A model generated the notes under the pieces. The model worked only from the letters and a program-made list of their open reading frames with translations, had not been told where the DNA came from and ran no database searches. A stretch of 63,834 nt of DNA, the filler included, from Lama guanicoe (lineage: Eukaryota), in NCBI GenBank assembly GCA_013239625.1. It is 80 parts of 78 records of this genome, joined end to end, with 100 filler letters (N's around TTAATTAATTAA, not from the genome) between each part and the next. Parts side by side here need not be neighbours in the genome. Positions count along the whole stretch, not along the records: positions 24,125 to 25,156 come from MU056787.1; positions 25,257 to 25,723 come from PNXV01022839.1; positions 25,824 to 26,322 come from MU056788.1; positions 26,423 to 27,214 come from MU056790.1; positions 27,315 to 27,773 come from PNXV01022848.1; positions 27,874 to 28,692 come from MU056791.1; positions 28,793 to 29,612 come from MU056793.1; positions 29,713 to 30,539 come from MU056794.1; 72 more parts are not named here. One strand, given 5' to 3'. This document shows, piece after piece, positions 24,025-37,580 of this stretch. How positions within the stretch are numbered: position 1 is the stretch's first letter; every line of letters starts with the position of its first letter. A program made the translations under genes and the position numbers.

Positions 24025-24194
24025 NNNNNNNNNNNNNNNNNNNNNNNNNNNNNNNNNNNNNNNNNNNNTTAATTAATTAANNNNNNNNNNNNNNNNNNNN
24101 NNNNNNNNNNNNNNNNNNNNNNNNGAGAAAACAAACTAACAAGAAATCAAAAAAGTAAAGACTTTTTCATTAAAGATTCCTGGAAAGAGTGGAG

Positions 24195-24349
24195 CATGGT
24201 TGTGAAGAGCTCAGATGCTATGGAAAAACATGAGGGTCTGAATTCCCACAGCACTGGGTAGCTGTGACACTGATATGTCAGTCAAATTCTCTGCATCTCA
24301 GTCTCCGATGCATAGACTGGGGACAACAACAGCACCCGTCTCCTAGAAC
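24195..24349. mobile_element. MIR SINE fragment
   Basis: catggttgtgaagagctcagatgct...gggtctgaattccc...agctgtgacac...ctctgcatctcagtctcc. Confidence 0.6.
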
Positions 24350-24611
24350 NNNNNNNNNNNNNNNNNNNNNNNNNNNNNNNNNNNNNNNNNNNNNNNNNNN
24401 NNNNNNNNNNNNNNNNNNNNNNNNNNNNNNNNNNNNNNNNNNNNNNNNNNNNNNNNNNNNNNNNNNNNNNNNNNNNNNNNNNNNNNNNNNNNNNNNNNNN
24501 NNNNNNNNNNNNNNNNNNNNNNNNNNNNNNNNNNNNNNNNNNNNNNNNNNNNNNNNNNNNNNNNNNNNNNNNNNNNNNNNNNNNNNNNNNNNNNNNNNNN
24601 NNNNNNNNNNN

Positions 24612-25156
24612 ACAGCTCAACAATATAAAGGCAACTCAATTAAAAAATGAATAAAGGATCTGAAAACATATTTTTCAAGGAAAATAAACAAATGGCAAAT
24701 AAGCACAATGAAACAATGTTCAATAACACTAGCTCTAAAGGAAATCAAGTCAAAACCACTAGGAGAAACCGCTTCACACTCACTACAATAGGTTATAATC
24801 AGAAAAAGGGTAACAAGCTCTAATGAGGACACAGAGGAAGCGGAGCACGCAGTCCATGCTGGTGAGGACGTAGCACAATGTGGCCACTTTGGAAAACAGC
24901 CTGGCACGTCGTCAGAGAGTTGAAAATTTGGTTTCTGAATGACCCAGCAATTCTGCTTCCTGGGCACACAAGTAAGAGAACTGAAAACAAATGTTCACAT
25001 AAAAAATCCTACAGGAATATTCACGGTGCCATTAAGATTCAGAGCCAAAAAACAGAAACAACACAAATGTCTATCACGTGATGAATGGGTAAACACAGGG
25101 GCCCAGTCATAGAGTGGAATATTATTCAGCAATAGCAAAGCATAGAGCACTGACCC
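24612..25156 (+). mobile_element. Older L1 (L1MB/MC-like) ORF2 end and 3' UTR
   Basis: aactcaattaaaaaatgaataaaggatctgaaaacatattt...gccactttggaaaacag...gacccagcaattc...gaatgggtaaac. Confidence 0.85.
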
Positions 25157-26422
25157 NNNNNNNNNNNNNNNNNNNNNNNNNNNNNNNNNNNNNNNNNNNN
25201 TTAATTAATTAANNNNNNNNNNNNNNNNNNNNNNNNNNNNNNNNNNNNNNNNNNNNAAAGCTGGAAGTTACTTTCAGTAATTTGTCTAAAGATTTCTTTT
25301 TTATTTCCCCTTTACGACTCATAAAACCTCTCCCAGGTATGGGACCATTATCCAGGGATCAATCAGGAAATGCAGGAGAGGGGTGGGGGTGGGGGAGAGC
25401 GGAGGGTAGATCAGAGCCCACGGAGAGGATATGCCCCTCCCAGGAGCCACACACTGGGCAGTGGCTGCTGGCATCCAGCTCTCCTGTTCTCAGGCCCATT
25501 TCACCTGCGGGGTTTTCCAAAAAAACAATGGTGGAAGGGCCATGGAGGACACCTAGACCTTCCAGAATAGACAGGGGTAGCAGAGTCACCATGCTGGCCC
25601 TGGGCTTGGAGACAGACCTGCAGTGGAGACCACAGGCTTCTGAGAAGCCAGTTTCGAAATAAAATCAGTATGCGCTGGAATACCTGGTTCGAGAGAGTGC
25701 TTCATCATAGACATGTAATTTACNNNNNNNNNNNNNNNNNNNNNNNNNNNNNNNNNNNNNNNNNNNNTTAATTAATTAANNNNNNNNNNNNNNNNNNNNN
25801 NNNNNNNNNNNNNNNNNNNNNNNCAGAGAATATGAACACACAATTCACAAAGAAAAAATAGATGTCACACTCAATTGGTAAATCACTCAGTGCACATCAA
25901 AATGAAATAGTTTTCCACCTCTCAAGTGACACAGCTCTGTTTATGAGGATGAAATGCCAGTGATCACCAATCCCATGCCTAGATCACTGGATATTTTTTG
26001 TGAAGTATGGTTGATTTATAATACTGTGTTAATTTCTGGTGTACTCCTCCAGCCTTCTTAGAAAGCAGTCTGGCAGTTCATATCANNNNNNNNNNNNNNN
26101 NNNNNNNNNNNNNNNNNNNNNNNNNNNNNNNNNNNNNNNNNNNNNNNNNNNNNNNNNNNNNNNNNNNNNNNNNNNNNNNNNNNNNNNNNNNNNNNNNNNN
26201 NNATACTTTTAATATATATATAAAGTCACAGCCAAAATATTCTTCCAACCCTTCACATAGTAGAACATTATGTGGCCATGAAAAAGTGTGTCCATGAAAA
26301 TATTTTATGACATGTCAAAGTGNNNNNNNNNNNNNNNNNNNNNNNNNNNNNNNNNNNNNNNNNNNNTTAATTAATTAANNNNNNNNNNNNNNNNNNNNNN
26401 NNNNNNNNNNNNNNNNNNNNNN

Positions 26423-26805
26423 CCTATGAATTCCACCTGTCCAATACACAAGTTTCAGCCGGCCAGCTCTTGAATGCAATTTGTGCCGTTTGTCAATGTT
26501 GTTTAATTACCATAAAATGTTCTCAGAAACCACTACAGTAAAGAAAGGTGGACTTAAGGAATTCTGCATTGCGTTCTCCTGTAATGTGCAGAATCCCTTC
26601 CCTGCACCACCAAATCCAAGTGCATGCTTCCTCCATGTTTATGTTTGCACACGGCTTATTAAAGCAGAAGGTACCTGCAGTAATTCCATCTCGGTTGCTT
26701 TCCAAGGTTGCAGATTATCCATAATCAGTCTGTGAACAAAAATACTACAATGTGATTGAGAATACTGCAACCATGACAGTAAACAAAGAATACTGAAACC
26801 AAGTC
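26423..26805 (-). repeat. Second copy of duplicated segment 17340-17727
   Basis: Direct reverse-complement alignment. Confidence 0.92.
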
Positions 26806-26994
26806 ATTAAAGGCTGCCNNNNNNNNNNNNNNNNNNNNNNNNNNNNNNNNNNNNNNNNNNNNNNNNNNNNNNNNNNNNNNNNNNNNNNNNNNNNNNNNNN
26901 NNNNNNNNNNNNNNNNNNNNNNNNNNNNNNNNNNNNNNNNNNNNNNNNNNNNNNNNNNNNNNNNNNNNNNNNNNNNNNNNNNNNNNNNNNNNNN

Positions 26995-27214
26995 CTTGAA
27001 CTTGAGATACCTGGCTTTCTTTAGATAACAAGCAATCTTTTATTGTTCCAACAACCTGGTCTTTGTTGTAAAGCTCCTATATATCCTAGCTCTTCCTCAA
27101 CCTCTTGGGAGCAGTCCCTCATAGTGTTCTGTGTGGCTGTCCTCTCAGCTCGAGTCCTCCCGCCAAATAAAACGTAACTCTTAACTTTTAGACTGCACAT
27201 GTATTTCAGTCAAC
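26995..27214 (+). mobile_element. ERV1-type LTR 3' portion
   Basis: TATA-like ctatatatcc, AATAAA near 27166, end ...ttcagtcaac. Confidence 0.7.
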
Positions 27215-28109
27215 NNNNNNNNNNNNNNNNNNNNNNNNNNNNNNNNNNNNNNNNNNNNTTAATTAATTAANNNNNNNNNNNNNNNNNNNNNNNNNNNNNN
27301 NNNNNNNNNNNNNNGTTTGTTTTGAAAAATAAAACAACAAAGCACACCTCCATGTGATTGGTATTTTCTACTTAGCCTGCTGACCCAGGAGGGGATGTTC
27401 ACCATCATTTTGTGGAGGAGGTTGGGGAGGTAAAGTAAGAGAGTGAGATCAAATAAGGTAAAAATGATAACTATCAGTTGGCTTTATTTTCACTAAGACA
27501 TAAAAGTTACTTTAAACCCTATCTCAGCTGTTGTTCTGTTGTATCTGTTGTTTTAAACATTTCTCATAGAATTAAATGGAAGCCCACTAAACCCTGAAAG
27601 GGAAATTGTGTGCTCATTTCCTGAAAAGTGTTTATGTCTATTTCTTGAAATGCACATTTTCCCTGCTGGGTAGAGAAAGTCGAGGCGGGAAAACAGCCGT
27701 GCGCTGTGTGTGTCTGCCTGGCTAACGGGATGCTCACAGTCATTTTCATTTTCTGGTGTTGCACTTTATGAAGNNNNNNNNNNNNNNNNNNNNNNNNNNN
27801 NNNNNNNNNNNNNNNNNTTAATTAATTAANNNNNNNNNNNNNNNNNNNNNNNNNNNNNNNNNNNNNNNNNNNNTATTTACATCATTTAATAACTGACAGC
27901 AGAAATTGTCCAATAAGAGGTGATAAACAGGTTATACAACTGGTAAAATATATGCCTTATGGAATGTTTAACAGACACTTAATATGAGCTTATGAAAGTG
28001 AATTACGTACTATACCAGAAAAGTTTCAGCTATATTTTAAAAAGTGACTTAAATATGATTTGTCAAATTCTCACATATAGAAGTGCAAAGTAGGCAATTT
28101 AGACCTAAA

Positions 28110-28460
28110 ATTGTGGCCCCATGACTCTCAGGTTCCTAGGTCCTTTCTGCCCCACTGTTTTTAGTGTGCTACTTCAGGTCCAAGGTGGCTGCCTATGCAC
28201 CAGTCACCACATTCATACTGCAGTGAGCAGGAACTGACAGGAAGATGTGTTGTCTCTATTCACTGTTAAGAGACTTCCTGGAAAGTCCACATACTGCAAG
28301 ATCTCTCATACACACTTAGTTAGGAATACCTAATATTCCTATAGTTATAAGGCAGTCCAGGAGAGCCTAGCTGTAGAAAAGTTCATTCAGAAAGAAGGGG
28401 AGATGAATGTAGTTTGTGTTTTGGAGGGGAGGAGACAACAGAGGGATAGCAGTCTTTGCA
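28110..28460. mobile_element. Old MaLR (MLT1-like) LTR fragment
   Basis: ggttcctaggtcctttc...ggtccaaggtggctgcc...cacattcatactgcag motifs. Confidence 0.5.
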
Positions 28461-28792
28461 CACATGGCAAGAATTGACATTATAATATTAAACAGAATAA
28501 AACAGTTTGAATAATTTAATTGGCAAGGTATCAAATAAATACTGCTTGGAGAAAAGACTGAGAGTAAATGTCACAAATTTTAAACAACATTTCCTCTAAA
28601 TGGGAGCAGAATAAGTCATTTGATTGGCTTTGTTATAGTTTTTCTGTATTTCCCACATTGCCTTTTTGGTGAGTTTTTATTGCTTCTGTAATNNNNNNNN
28701 NNNNNNNNNNNNNNNNNNNNNNNNNNNNNNNNNNNNTTAATTAATTAANNNNNNNNNNNNNNNNNNNNNNNNNNNNNNNNNNNNNNNNNNNN

Positions 28793-29280
28793 TGACTTCA
28801 TTGTAAGCTTTTGACTTATGGTTACCCTGTTTTGTATGTATGTTGACCCGTTACTATATATGTTTATATTAACTGAAATGAATACAAAGTCAACCGCATC
28901 ATACAGAGAACAGAAACAAGAAGAAAACACTCTGTATTTTCCTGTTTCACGCTCTGACACATAAAAATTTTGATGTCCTGTTTTACAATAACATTTTTAT
29001 TCTGTTGTAATTCATTTTAGCTATTGCCTTTCCAATTATGCCTTTCACCGTTCTATAGCATCCTGCNNNNNNNNNNNNNNNNTTTTTGAGGAGATGTTTC
29101 ATTATTTCTTTTTCTGTTGCTAAATACTTTTAGTATTTGCTTGTGTGGAGATTATTTATCTCTCCTTCTATTCTAATGGAAAGCCTTGCTTGATATATTA
29201 TCTTACATAACAGATTTCTTTCATTCTTGACTCTGAATATGTCTTGCCACTGCCTTCTGCCTGTTGTATTTGTGTGGGAA
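28793..29280 (-). mobile_element. Decayed L1 inter-ORF and ORF1 3' region, antisense
   Basis: tttagtatttgcttg...tttatctctccttctattct...ctctgaatatgtcttgccactgccttctg is typical antisense ORF1. 28793-28965 matches 50593-50763. Confidence 0.8.
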
Positions 29281-29329
29281 ACGTGTTTAAAAATATAATG
29301 TATATAATTATATATATGTAAAGAATACC

Positions 29330-29612
29330 TTCAAATGAAGTTAACAAATAAGGAGAAATTCTATACATTAAAAAATAGAAAATATTGATGAAGGAAAGTA
29401 AAATTGATCCAAAGAAATGAAAAGATCTCTTATGTTAATGATGTGAAATAATGTGGTTGAAACAACCATACAACCCAAAGGTATCTTAATTTAGTGTGAT
29501 TCATGTCAAAATACCCATGAGATTTTTCCATTATATAGAAGAAATAAATTCAAAATTTATATATAACCACAAAGATCTTGAGTTGACAAAATAATCTTGA
29601 AATAGAGTATTA
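29330..29612 (+). mobile_element. Decayed L1 ORF2 (post-RT) fragment, sense
   Basis: aaaatattgatgaaggaaag...aaatgaaaagatctc...ccatacaacccaaag...tcaaaatacccatgagattttt. Confidence 0.75.
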
Positions 29613-32555
29613 NNNNNNNNNNNNNNNNNNNNNNNNNNNNNNNNNNNNNNNNNNNNTTAATTAATTAANNNNNNNNNNNNNNNNNNNNNNNNNNNNNNNN
29701 NNNNNNNNNNNNATCTTCCAAGATTGTATTATTTCAACACTGAGAGTGAATAATATGCTTCTAGATTCCCAAGTTTATTATCAGCAAATAACTATGGTTC
29801 GTTAAAGATTTTTAAGTATGTTATTCCTACTAAGGGTATATACGTGAAAGAAACAGGTTGTAATGAGTCTTCTTCCCAGAGATTTTATATTTGCCTTTTG
29901 TTTGCATTCTTTCACTGTTGAACATTAGTATTACCATGAATGTCTTTTCTCTTTGGGATTTAGTTCACCATTTGCCCCTCTCTCTTTACAGGAGTAAAGG
30001 AATTGATGNNNNNNNNNNNNNNNNNNNNNNNNNNNNNNNNNNNNNNNNNNNNNNNNNNNNNNNNNNNNNNNNNNNNNNNNNNNNNNNNNNNNNNNNNNNN
30101 NNNNNNNNNNNNNNNNNNNNNNNNNNNNNNNNNNNNNNAACAATATATTGGAAATCAGAGTGGGTATGTGGAAACTTGACGACCCAGTATAGACACATGG
30201 TGCCAGAAAAAGCCCAGGACATCGCAGCATGGCAGCCCCCCATGCAAGGAGCAGCAATTCTGGCTGTGGTGGACCAATGTGAGTAAAAAGGCTTCATGGG
30301 GTGAAGACCTTGAAGAGTCCAAAAGTGCATTGGTGTTGCTTCCTAAGGAATCCAGTGTTGGGTATTGTTTAATATGAGAGGGAGATGCTAACATTATCAT
30401 CGTTATAAACAACATAGTTGTTGCAACTGTAATTGTTATTATTTTTCATATATTTTCTTTATAATTATTATTTGTGGATTACAAGAGCTTTTACAGAGGC
30501 AGTTTTTAAGAAGCGTGGCCATTATACTGTTGCTGAAGTNNNNNNNNNNNNNNNNNNNNNNNNNNNNNNNNNNNNNNNNNNNNTTAATTAATTAANNNNN
30601 NNNNNNNNNNNNNNNNNNNNNNNNNNNNNNNNNNNNNNNTACCCCGCAGTACAGTTCTGTAATTTCTCCATGTACAACATGGGCATTGGTTTTGAGTTTA
30701 TTCCAGATTACTGTTGATGTTTTTGTTAATTTTGTATGTGAGAATTTTTTGCTACTATATTTTTTAAATGTTAAAACTGACATCAAGGAAGGCAGATTCA
30801 GTTTGTAAATACTCACTTTGTAACTTGTCATTTAAAATTGTAAGTATTAAGTACTTGTTCCAGAATCCTTTCTTTTCAGTTTTTAAAAATTTGTTTCCAA
30901 GATTCTCAAAATGGTCATAGCTAAGTAGTATAGGTGGGGAGACAGATGGAGAGAGGTAGTGTGGCACATGTGCAAACTGTGAGCACTTTCATGGCTGCCT
31001 TTATGCTGGAAAAGCCGCTGAAGAGCCCAGGTCAGACCAGGGGTGGCTTTGAATGCACTTGAAAGCCAGCTTTCCTGCCTGTATGGTGAAGCCTGGTGGG
31101 CGAGGCTGGTAGATGATCAAGGTCGCATGGAGGTTATTGGCTGCAGAGAGCGCTGGGTCTGAGAACTGAAGACCATCGCCATGGGAAATGCTTGCTGCCG
31201 GGAACAATGCAGTGGAGCTGGGAAGCCTGTGTGTTAAGGATTTTCCAGCTCTGTGAGTGGGAAGATCAGACACTGCATTCAGATCTGAGTTTGAATTCAT
31301 CCTCTATAGTTTACTGGTCCTCAGACTTTTGTCAAGCTATATACCTTCTTTCATTTCCTGTTTTCTTGTCTCTCAAAATAGGAGAATTACGGCCTGCTGC
31401 TTGNNNNNNNNNNNNNNNNNNNNNNNNNNNNNNNNNNNNNNNNNNNNTTAATTAATTAANNNNNNNNNNNNNNNNNNNNNNNNNNNNNNNNNNNNNNNNN
31501 NNNCAGAATTTGCTTCCCTGTTTTGTCCTGGGTTAGGATTGGCCATGAAAGAAACTTCTGCAAGATTTAGAAGGTACTTGTCATGAAGTAGACATATTTT
31601 TCATGTCTTGCTGGCTGGGGCAGGGCCCCAGGCACTGTGGTAGCTCACACGTGTTGCTGCTGGTGGGTTAGCCCAGCTTGTTGACTCACAACTCCTCCAC
31701 CTCCCACCACATCTCCTTCTCATCTTCTCTTTGTCTTGGACCAAGTGTGCGTGTAGCTGATGGCAAATGACACCCACTGCTCCTGAAGGAACCCACTGTT
31801 GTGAGATGGAAGGAGGTGAGACACAGACAGCTTTAGTTTTCCACTTGTCTTCACTGGTCCTAGTGCGTCCTTACAAGTCACAGCTTGTCCACGCATTTGT
31901 CCACATCCAACTTTCCTTCACAAATGTCACTCCAGTTAAGTTACAGTGAATTCGGGCTCAACACCAGATGCAAAGATCACAGCTTTATGTACACTCCTCC
32001 ACCAGCTCTAGCAATTGCCTGAGTTCTTAATTCTTATAGCGAATCCTTCATTCTATGTGCTTCCGCTTCTCTAATTGTGCCCTCACTGACACAAAGCTTA
32101 AGAGGAAAGGAGTAAGCAAGTGATTTTCATGATGATTCTAGTTTACCATACCCAGGGTTGTGATATGAGCATCTTTAAGTGAAGCTCCTGCTTTAAATTA
32201 TTATGGGGCAAGTTTTTTAACTTTAGACAACTTTACACATATTCTGCATGATTGCTTTGAAGTCGAACATTCAAGACTGAGAATGTATTAGTAGAAAGTT
32301 CCTCTGGACAAACCTGTTCTCACATAAAAGGAGATTTATTTAGAATTCAGTCTTCTGATCCAGACCGCAGACCACACACCCACAGGGCTGCCGTGTCTTG
32401 TCTGGAGGCTGCAGGTGTGCATCTCGGCTTGGCTCCTGCAGCAGGGAGCTCTCTCNNNNNNNNNNNNNNNNNNNNNNNNNNNNNNNNNNNNNNNNNNNNT
32501 TAATTAATTAANNNNNNNNNNNNNNNNNNNNNNNNNNNNNNNNNNNNNNNNNNNN

Positions 32556-33387
32556 TGTAGCCAGTCATCTGTTGATGGACATTCACGTTGTTTCTTTGTT
32601 TTGGCTATTGTATATAGTGCTGCTATGAACATTACGGTGCATATAACTTTTCAAATTAGAATTCTCTCTGTTTATATGCTCAGGTGTGAGATTGCTGGGT
32701 CATAGGGTAAGTTTATTTTTAATTTTTTGAGGAATCTTCACACTGTCTCCCATAATGGCTGCACTAAAGTTCATTCCCACCAACAGTGTTGGAGGGTTCC
32801 CTTTTATCCACAGTCTCTCCAGCATTTATTGTTTGTGGATTTTTTAATGATGGCCATTCTGACTGGTGTGAGGCGATACCTCACTGTAGTTTGGATTTGC
32901 ATTTCTCTGATAATTAGCGATGTAGAGCATTTTATCATGTGCCTATTCACCATTTGTATGTCTTCACTGGAGAATTGTTTGTTTAGGTATTCTGCCCACT
33001 TTTGGATTGGGTTGTTTGTTTTTTCTGTTACTAAGTTGTATGAACTATTTAGAGATTCTGGAAATTAAATCTTTGCCAGTCGCATCATTTGCATAGATTT
33101 TCTCCCATTCTGGAGGTTGTCATTTTGTTTTGCTTATGGTTTCCTTTGTGGTGCAGAAGTTTTAAGTTTAATTAAATCCCATTTGTTTAATTTTGCTCTT
33201 ATTTCCATTGCCTGGGTAGACTGCCCTAGAAGAACATCGGTAAGATTTATGTCAGAGAATGTTTTGCCTATGTTTTCTTCTAGAGATTTATAGTGTCTTG
33301 TCTTATATTGAAGTCTTTAAGCCATTTTGAGTTTATTCTTTGTGTATGGAGTGAGGGAGTGTTCTAACTTCACTGATTTACATGCTG
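32556..33387 (-). mobile_element. Relatively young LINE-1, 3' ORF2, antisense
   Basis: cattcccaccaacagtgttggagggttccc...atggccattctgactggtgtgaggcgatacctc; well preserved. Confidence 0.97.
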
Positions 33388-34959
33388 NNNNNNNNNNNNN
33401 NNNNNNNNNNNNNNNNNNNNNNNNNNNNNNNTTAATTAATTAANNNNNNNNNNNNNNNNNNNNNNNNNNNNNNNNNNNNNNNNNNNNTGTGCCGTCTCGC
33501 TGCATTTAAAATGTTAAGAGCAGAACTTGGGACCATGTTTCCCTTTGGTTTTTTGCCAGCAAGAGAATCCACTGCCGGGAGGTCTGTGAGATGCTGAGAC
33601 GGCGTTGCCGTGTGGGCGGGCAGCCTCCCGTGCTTCCCGTTGTGGTAAACAGAGGAAGAAGTCTGTACAACACCCAGAGCGGGAGTGAGGATGGTGCACC
33701 AGTGATGACAACAGTGGCATTTATTGAATGTGTNNNNNNNNNNNNNNNNNNNNNNNNNNNNNNNNNNNNNNNNNNNNNNNCCTTCTTTCCAGGGACAGGG
33801 CGGGGGGTCGGGGGGGCAATCCCAGTGGTACTCCCATTTCCCAGCTCTGGTTCTACACGAGGTCAGCAGATTTCTAGATAAAGACACAGGGTGAGAGATG
33901 GACAGGATGCTGCCTACCTAGCAGGGGCCCTCGCGCATCGCCAGACTAGGTGACCTCTGTGTCAGACACCTTGTGGACGCAGGAAGGCCTTGCAAATAAG
34001 GCAGTGTCCCTNNNNNNNNNNNNNNNNNNNNNNNNNNNNNNNNNNNNNNNNNNNNTTAATTAATTAANNNNNNNNNNNNNNNNNNNNNNNNNNNNNNNNN
34101 NNNNNNNNNNNCGTACACTATCTGTGGGATTCTGGATGGATCACTTTACCTCTGGGTCCTCAATATCTTCATCTCCAAAATTGGGATTGTGTTACTAGAT
34201 CAGTGGTTCTCAATCTCTATTCTGAATCAGAACCCTTGAGGGCAAAGTAGGCTCAGGGGATGGTGGGGTGGGATGGAGGGAAGTGTAGTTAACATGCAGC
34301 AAGTTCCTGAACCCTCTTCCTTGCTTCACCCACATCTTATGTTTGTGTATTGGATCTTTGTTTGAGATTCTTTCACAGCCAAATATATTTTAAAGCACAA
34401 ATCTGAATTCAGAGCTAGCTCATAATTCTCTAAATCTAATTCACAGTATGGTCAGGCTCAAATTAGATAATGGTTGTTAGTATGTTTTGTAAAATGAAAA
34501 ACTAANNNNNNNNNNNNNNNNNNNNNNNNNNNNNNNNNNNNNNNNNNNNTTAATTAATTAANNNNNNNNNNNNNNNNNNNNNNNNNNNNNNNNNNNNNNN
34601 NNNNNAGAATCAGATTTGTATATATGTGAATCCACCACCAGTATATCGCAAAAAGAAGATGGGGAAGGTTAAGTCTATAAAAGGTAAGTGTATATATATA
34701 TATTTTTTTTTCCTACATAAGATAAGGTGATTCTAGAGCTGAATTTGGTTTTGGAGAAAAAGGATAGGGCTGGAAATAATTTTAAAAGCAACTTATTAAA
34801 CCACTATGAGTGAGCAGAAATATTCACATCTTTCAGAACAACCACAAATCTAGATAGGAAAATTNNNNNNNNNNNNNNNNNNNNNNNNNNNNNNNNNNNN
34901 NNNNNNNNNNNNNNNNNNNNNNNCACATAAGAATGAAGGGACACCTTAAAAACAAGAAG

Positions 34960-35115
34960 CTGCTGGTGTTCACTTGAATAATGAGACTGAGTCCTGGCTC
35001 ACTCGCTAACAGTGTAACCTCGTATAAGGCTTTGGTGAAGCTCAGTCCTCGTGTATTAAAATGTGACTTCTTACCTTCAGAGGTTGTGAGGATTCATTAA
35101 AGTAGTCACTTGGTA
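34960..35115. mobile_element. MIR SINE fragment
   Basis: gagactgagtcctggctcactcgctaacagtgtaacct...ctcagtcctc...gaggttgtgaggatt. Confidence 0.55.
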
Positions 35116-36074
35116 ACCTTGAGAAGAAGAGAAGGAAGGGGGCTTGAGGAAAAACTAAGGAATTGTGAGGAAGAGAGAAGTCTTGGGTAAGCCATGCTTG
35201 CTTGGTCTCTGGATCTAGAGTGAGCTCATGGGACAGAATGCTAGGACGCTAGGGAAAGTAGTTTACAGGGCCTCATTAAAAGGAATTGTTAACAAATGTG
35301 TATAATCTAGACATAAAGACACTGGAATAGCAAATACACTAAAATACTCAACTATTAGGAAGGAACGGTAATGCACCAGTATGGGTCTTAGACTGACCTC
35401 CCACTGAGGATAAGAAAATGCCCCAGATAACACATACACTTCTAAGTCATATAATTTGATGAGCTGGTAAGAAAGTAAGGAATTCTCAGGTNNNNNNNNN
35501 NNNNNNNNNNNNNNNNNNNNNNNNNNNNNNNNNNNTTAATTAATTAANNNNNNNNNNNNNNNNNNNNNNNNNNNNNNNNNNNNNNNNNNNNCCAAATCCA
35601 ATCCCTAGAAGTACAAATCAGAATTCAGACACTTACCCCAGGAAGACAGTTTGCATCTGCCTGTAAAGGAGAGAAGGTAGCCATCCAGGAGGTGCTCACG
35701 CTGGGAGGAGTGGGTATCTAGGTCGGCTGCCGGATGGCTCCCAGGTAAAGCTGACCAGGATGCCCTGAGAGGAGAGAAAAGCCGGTTATAGTTTGTTGCC
35801 AGACCCCCTTTTCTTTCCTCGCCAGCACTGACTTAACGCTATTAACCTCCTTTTTCCCACAATAACCACACAATAACCATCACCCTTCATCCTCCTCTTC
35901 CTTAAGGTTAGTTGCATGGTCAGCGCTTCCCACCTGCCCTTTATTCCTCCTGCCAAACCTTGATTCTCCTTCGGAGAAATCTGAGAAAACAAGTCCTCAG
36001 GTTAAAGCCCAATGCGAGCGAAGCCCCAGCAGCTCCCCGGCCACTGGGATTAGACCCTCTCCCTTGCAGCATCA

Positions 36075-36477
36075 CCGCAACTTTCTTCAATATACTAAAA
36101 AGTATCTTCACAGAGCTGTGCAACCATCCCCACAGTCTAATTTTAGAACATTTTCATCATCTCAAAAAGAAATCCTGTACCCATTAGCAGTTATTCTCTT
36201 TCCCTAACCCCACCTCCAGCAACCATTAATCTATTTGCTGTCTATAAAATTGACTATTTTAGACATTTCACAGAAATGGAATCATACATATGATCTCGTA
36301 TGAATGACCTGTCTCGCTAACATGTCTTCAGGTTGTAACACATATCAGAACTCAATTTCTTTTCATTGCCGAGTTATCTTCCATTGCATGGATATACCAT
36401 ATTTTACTTGTCCGTTCACTAGTTTGCAGACTTTTGGGTTATTTCCACTTTTTGGCTATCCTCATGCTGCTACGCAT
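36075..36477 (-). mobile_element. L1MB-like 3' end, antisense
   Basis: ttcacagagctgtgcaaccatc...ttttagaacattttcatcatctcaaaaagaaatcctgtacccattagcag. Confidence 0.88.
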
Positions 36478-36577
36478 NNNNNNNNNNNNNNNNNNNNNNN
36501 NNNNNNNNNNNNNNNNNNNNNTTAATTAATTAANNNNNNNNNNNNNNNNNNNNNNNNNNNNNNNNNNNNNNNNNNNN

Positions 36578-36780
36578 TTCACAGCTAGCCATCTCCTTGC
36601 TGCATCTCTCTTGAAGCAGAAACAGGCAAGAACTCTCTGGGGTCCCTCTGGTGAGGGACTTCAATTCCGTTCATGAGGGCTCCACCCTCCTAAAGGTCCA
36701 TCTCCTAATACCATCACCTTGGGGGCTAGGATTTCAACACATGAATTTTGGAGACACAAAAACACTCAGTCCATCACAAG
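36578..36780. mobile_element. MaLR (MLT1A/B-like) LTR end
   Basis: catgagggctccaccctc...ccatctcctaataccatcaccttggggg..aggatttcaacacatgaattttgg...cagtccatcaca. Confidence 0.85.
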
Positions 36781-37580
36781 TAGGGGGCAGGAGGTGGCAG
36801 GGAGCAGCCTCGTACAAGATGCAGGCGTGATGCCTGCGGAAGGGGAAGGAAGGAGGACTGAACTTATGACAAAGGTTCAAGGAAGGTTCAACCAGGCCAT
36901 CGCAGAGTCCCCGAGCTAAAGTCACCTGCCAGCAAAGTCCCACAACTTGGAGGAGCGTGCCTGCCTTACTAGCCCCTCTGTGCCGCATCACCAGCTAGGC
37001 CGGCGGGAAACAGGACCTCGTGGAGGAGTTGGAAGCAAAGGGGCAGCGCTGGGCTGTGAATTATGCTCCCCAGCAAGAAGCCCAAGGGCACGTTCTCCTG
37101 GTCACCTCAGTAAACCTAACCTGCAATAGCTAACGTTTAGTGAGCATTTACTGTGTACACCAGTGTTTTTATGCCTTAATACTTACAACCCTGTCATAGG
37201 GCAAGGAAGCTGGGGCACAAATAACTGTCCACGAGCAAAAAACTAGTATCAGAACTGGAACTCAAGTATCAGAACTGGAACTCGGATCCAGAATTCTCAC
37301 TCCCTCAGCAATTTGAGTGGAAAAGTGGTATTTTATTTTTTTAATCAAGTCGAGTGACTCACTAAAAAGTCGGAAAATCAGAAGTGTCACGTTATACCTA
37401 ATTGACACAACTGAGAAAGAGGAGCAGAAAAAAATTTGGAAAATCTAGGAGGATTCTCCGCTGTCCAGCCAATGACCACGNNNNNNNNNNNNNNNNNNNN
37501 NNNNNNNNNNNNNNNNNNNNNNNNTTAATTAATTAANNNNNNNNNNNNNNNNNNNNNNNNNNNNNNNNNNNNNNNNNNNN

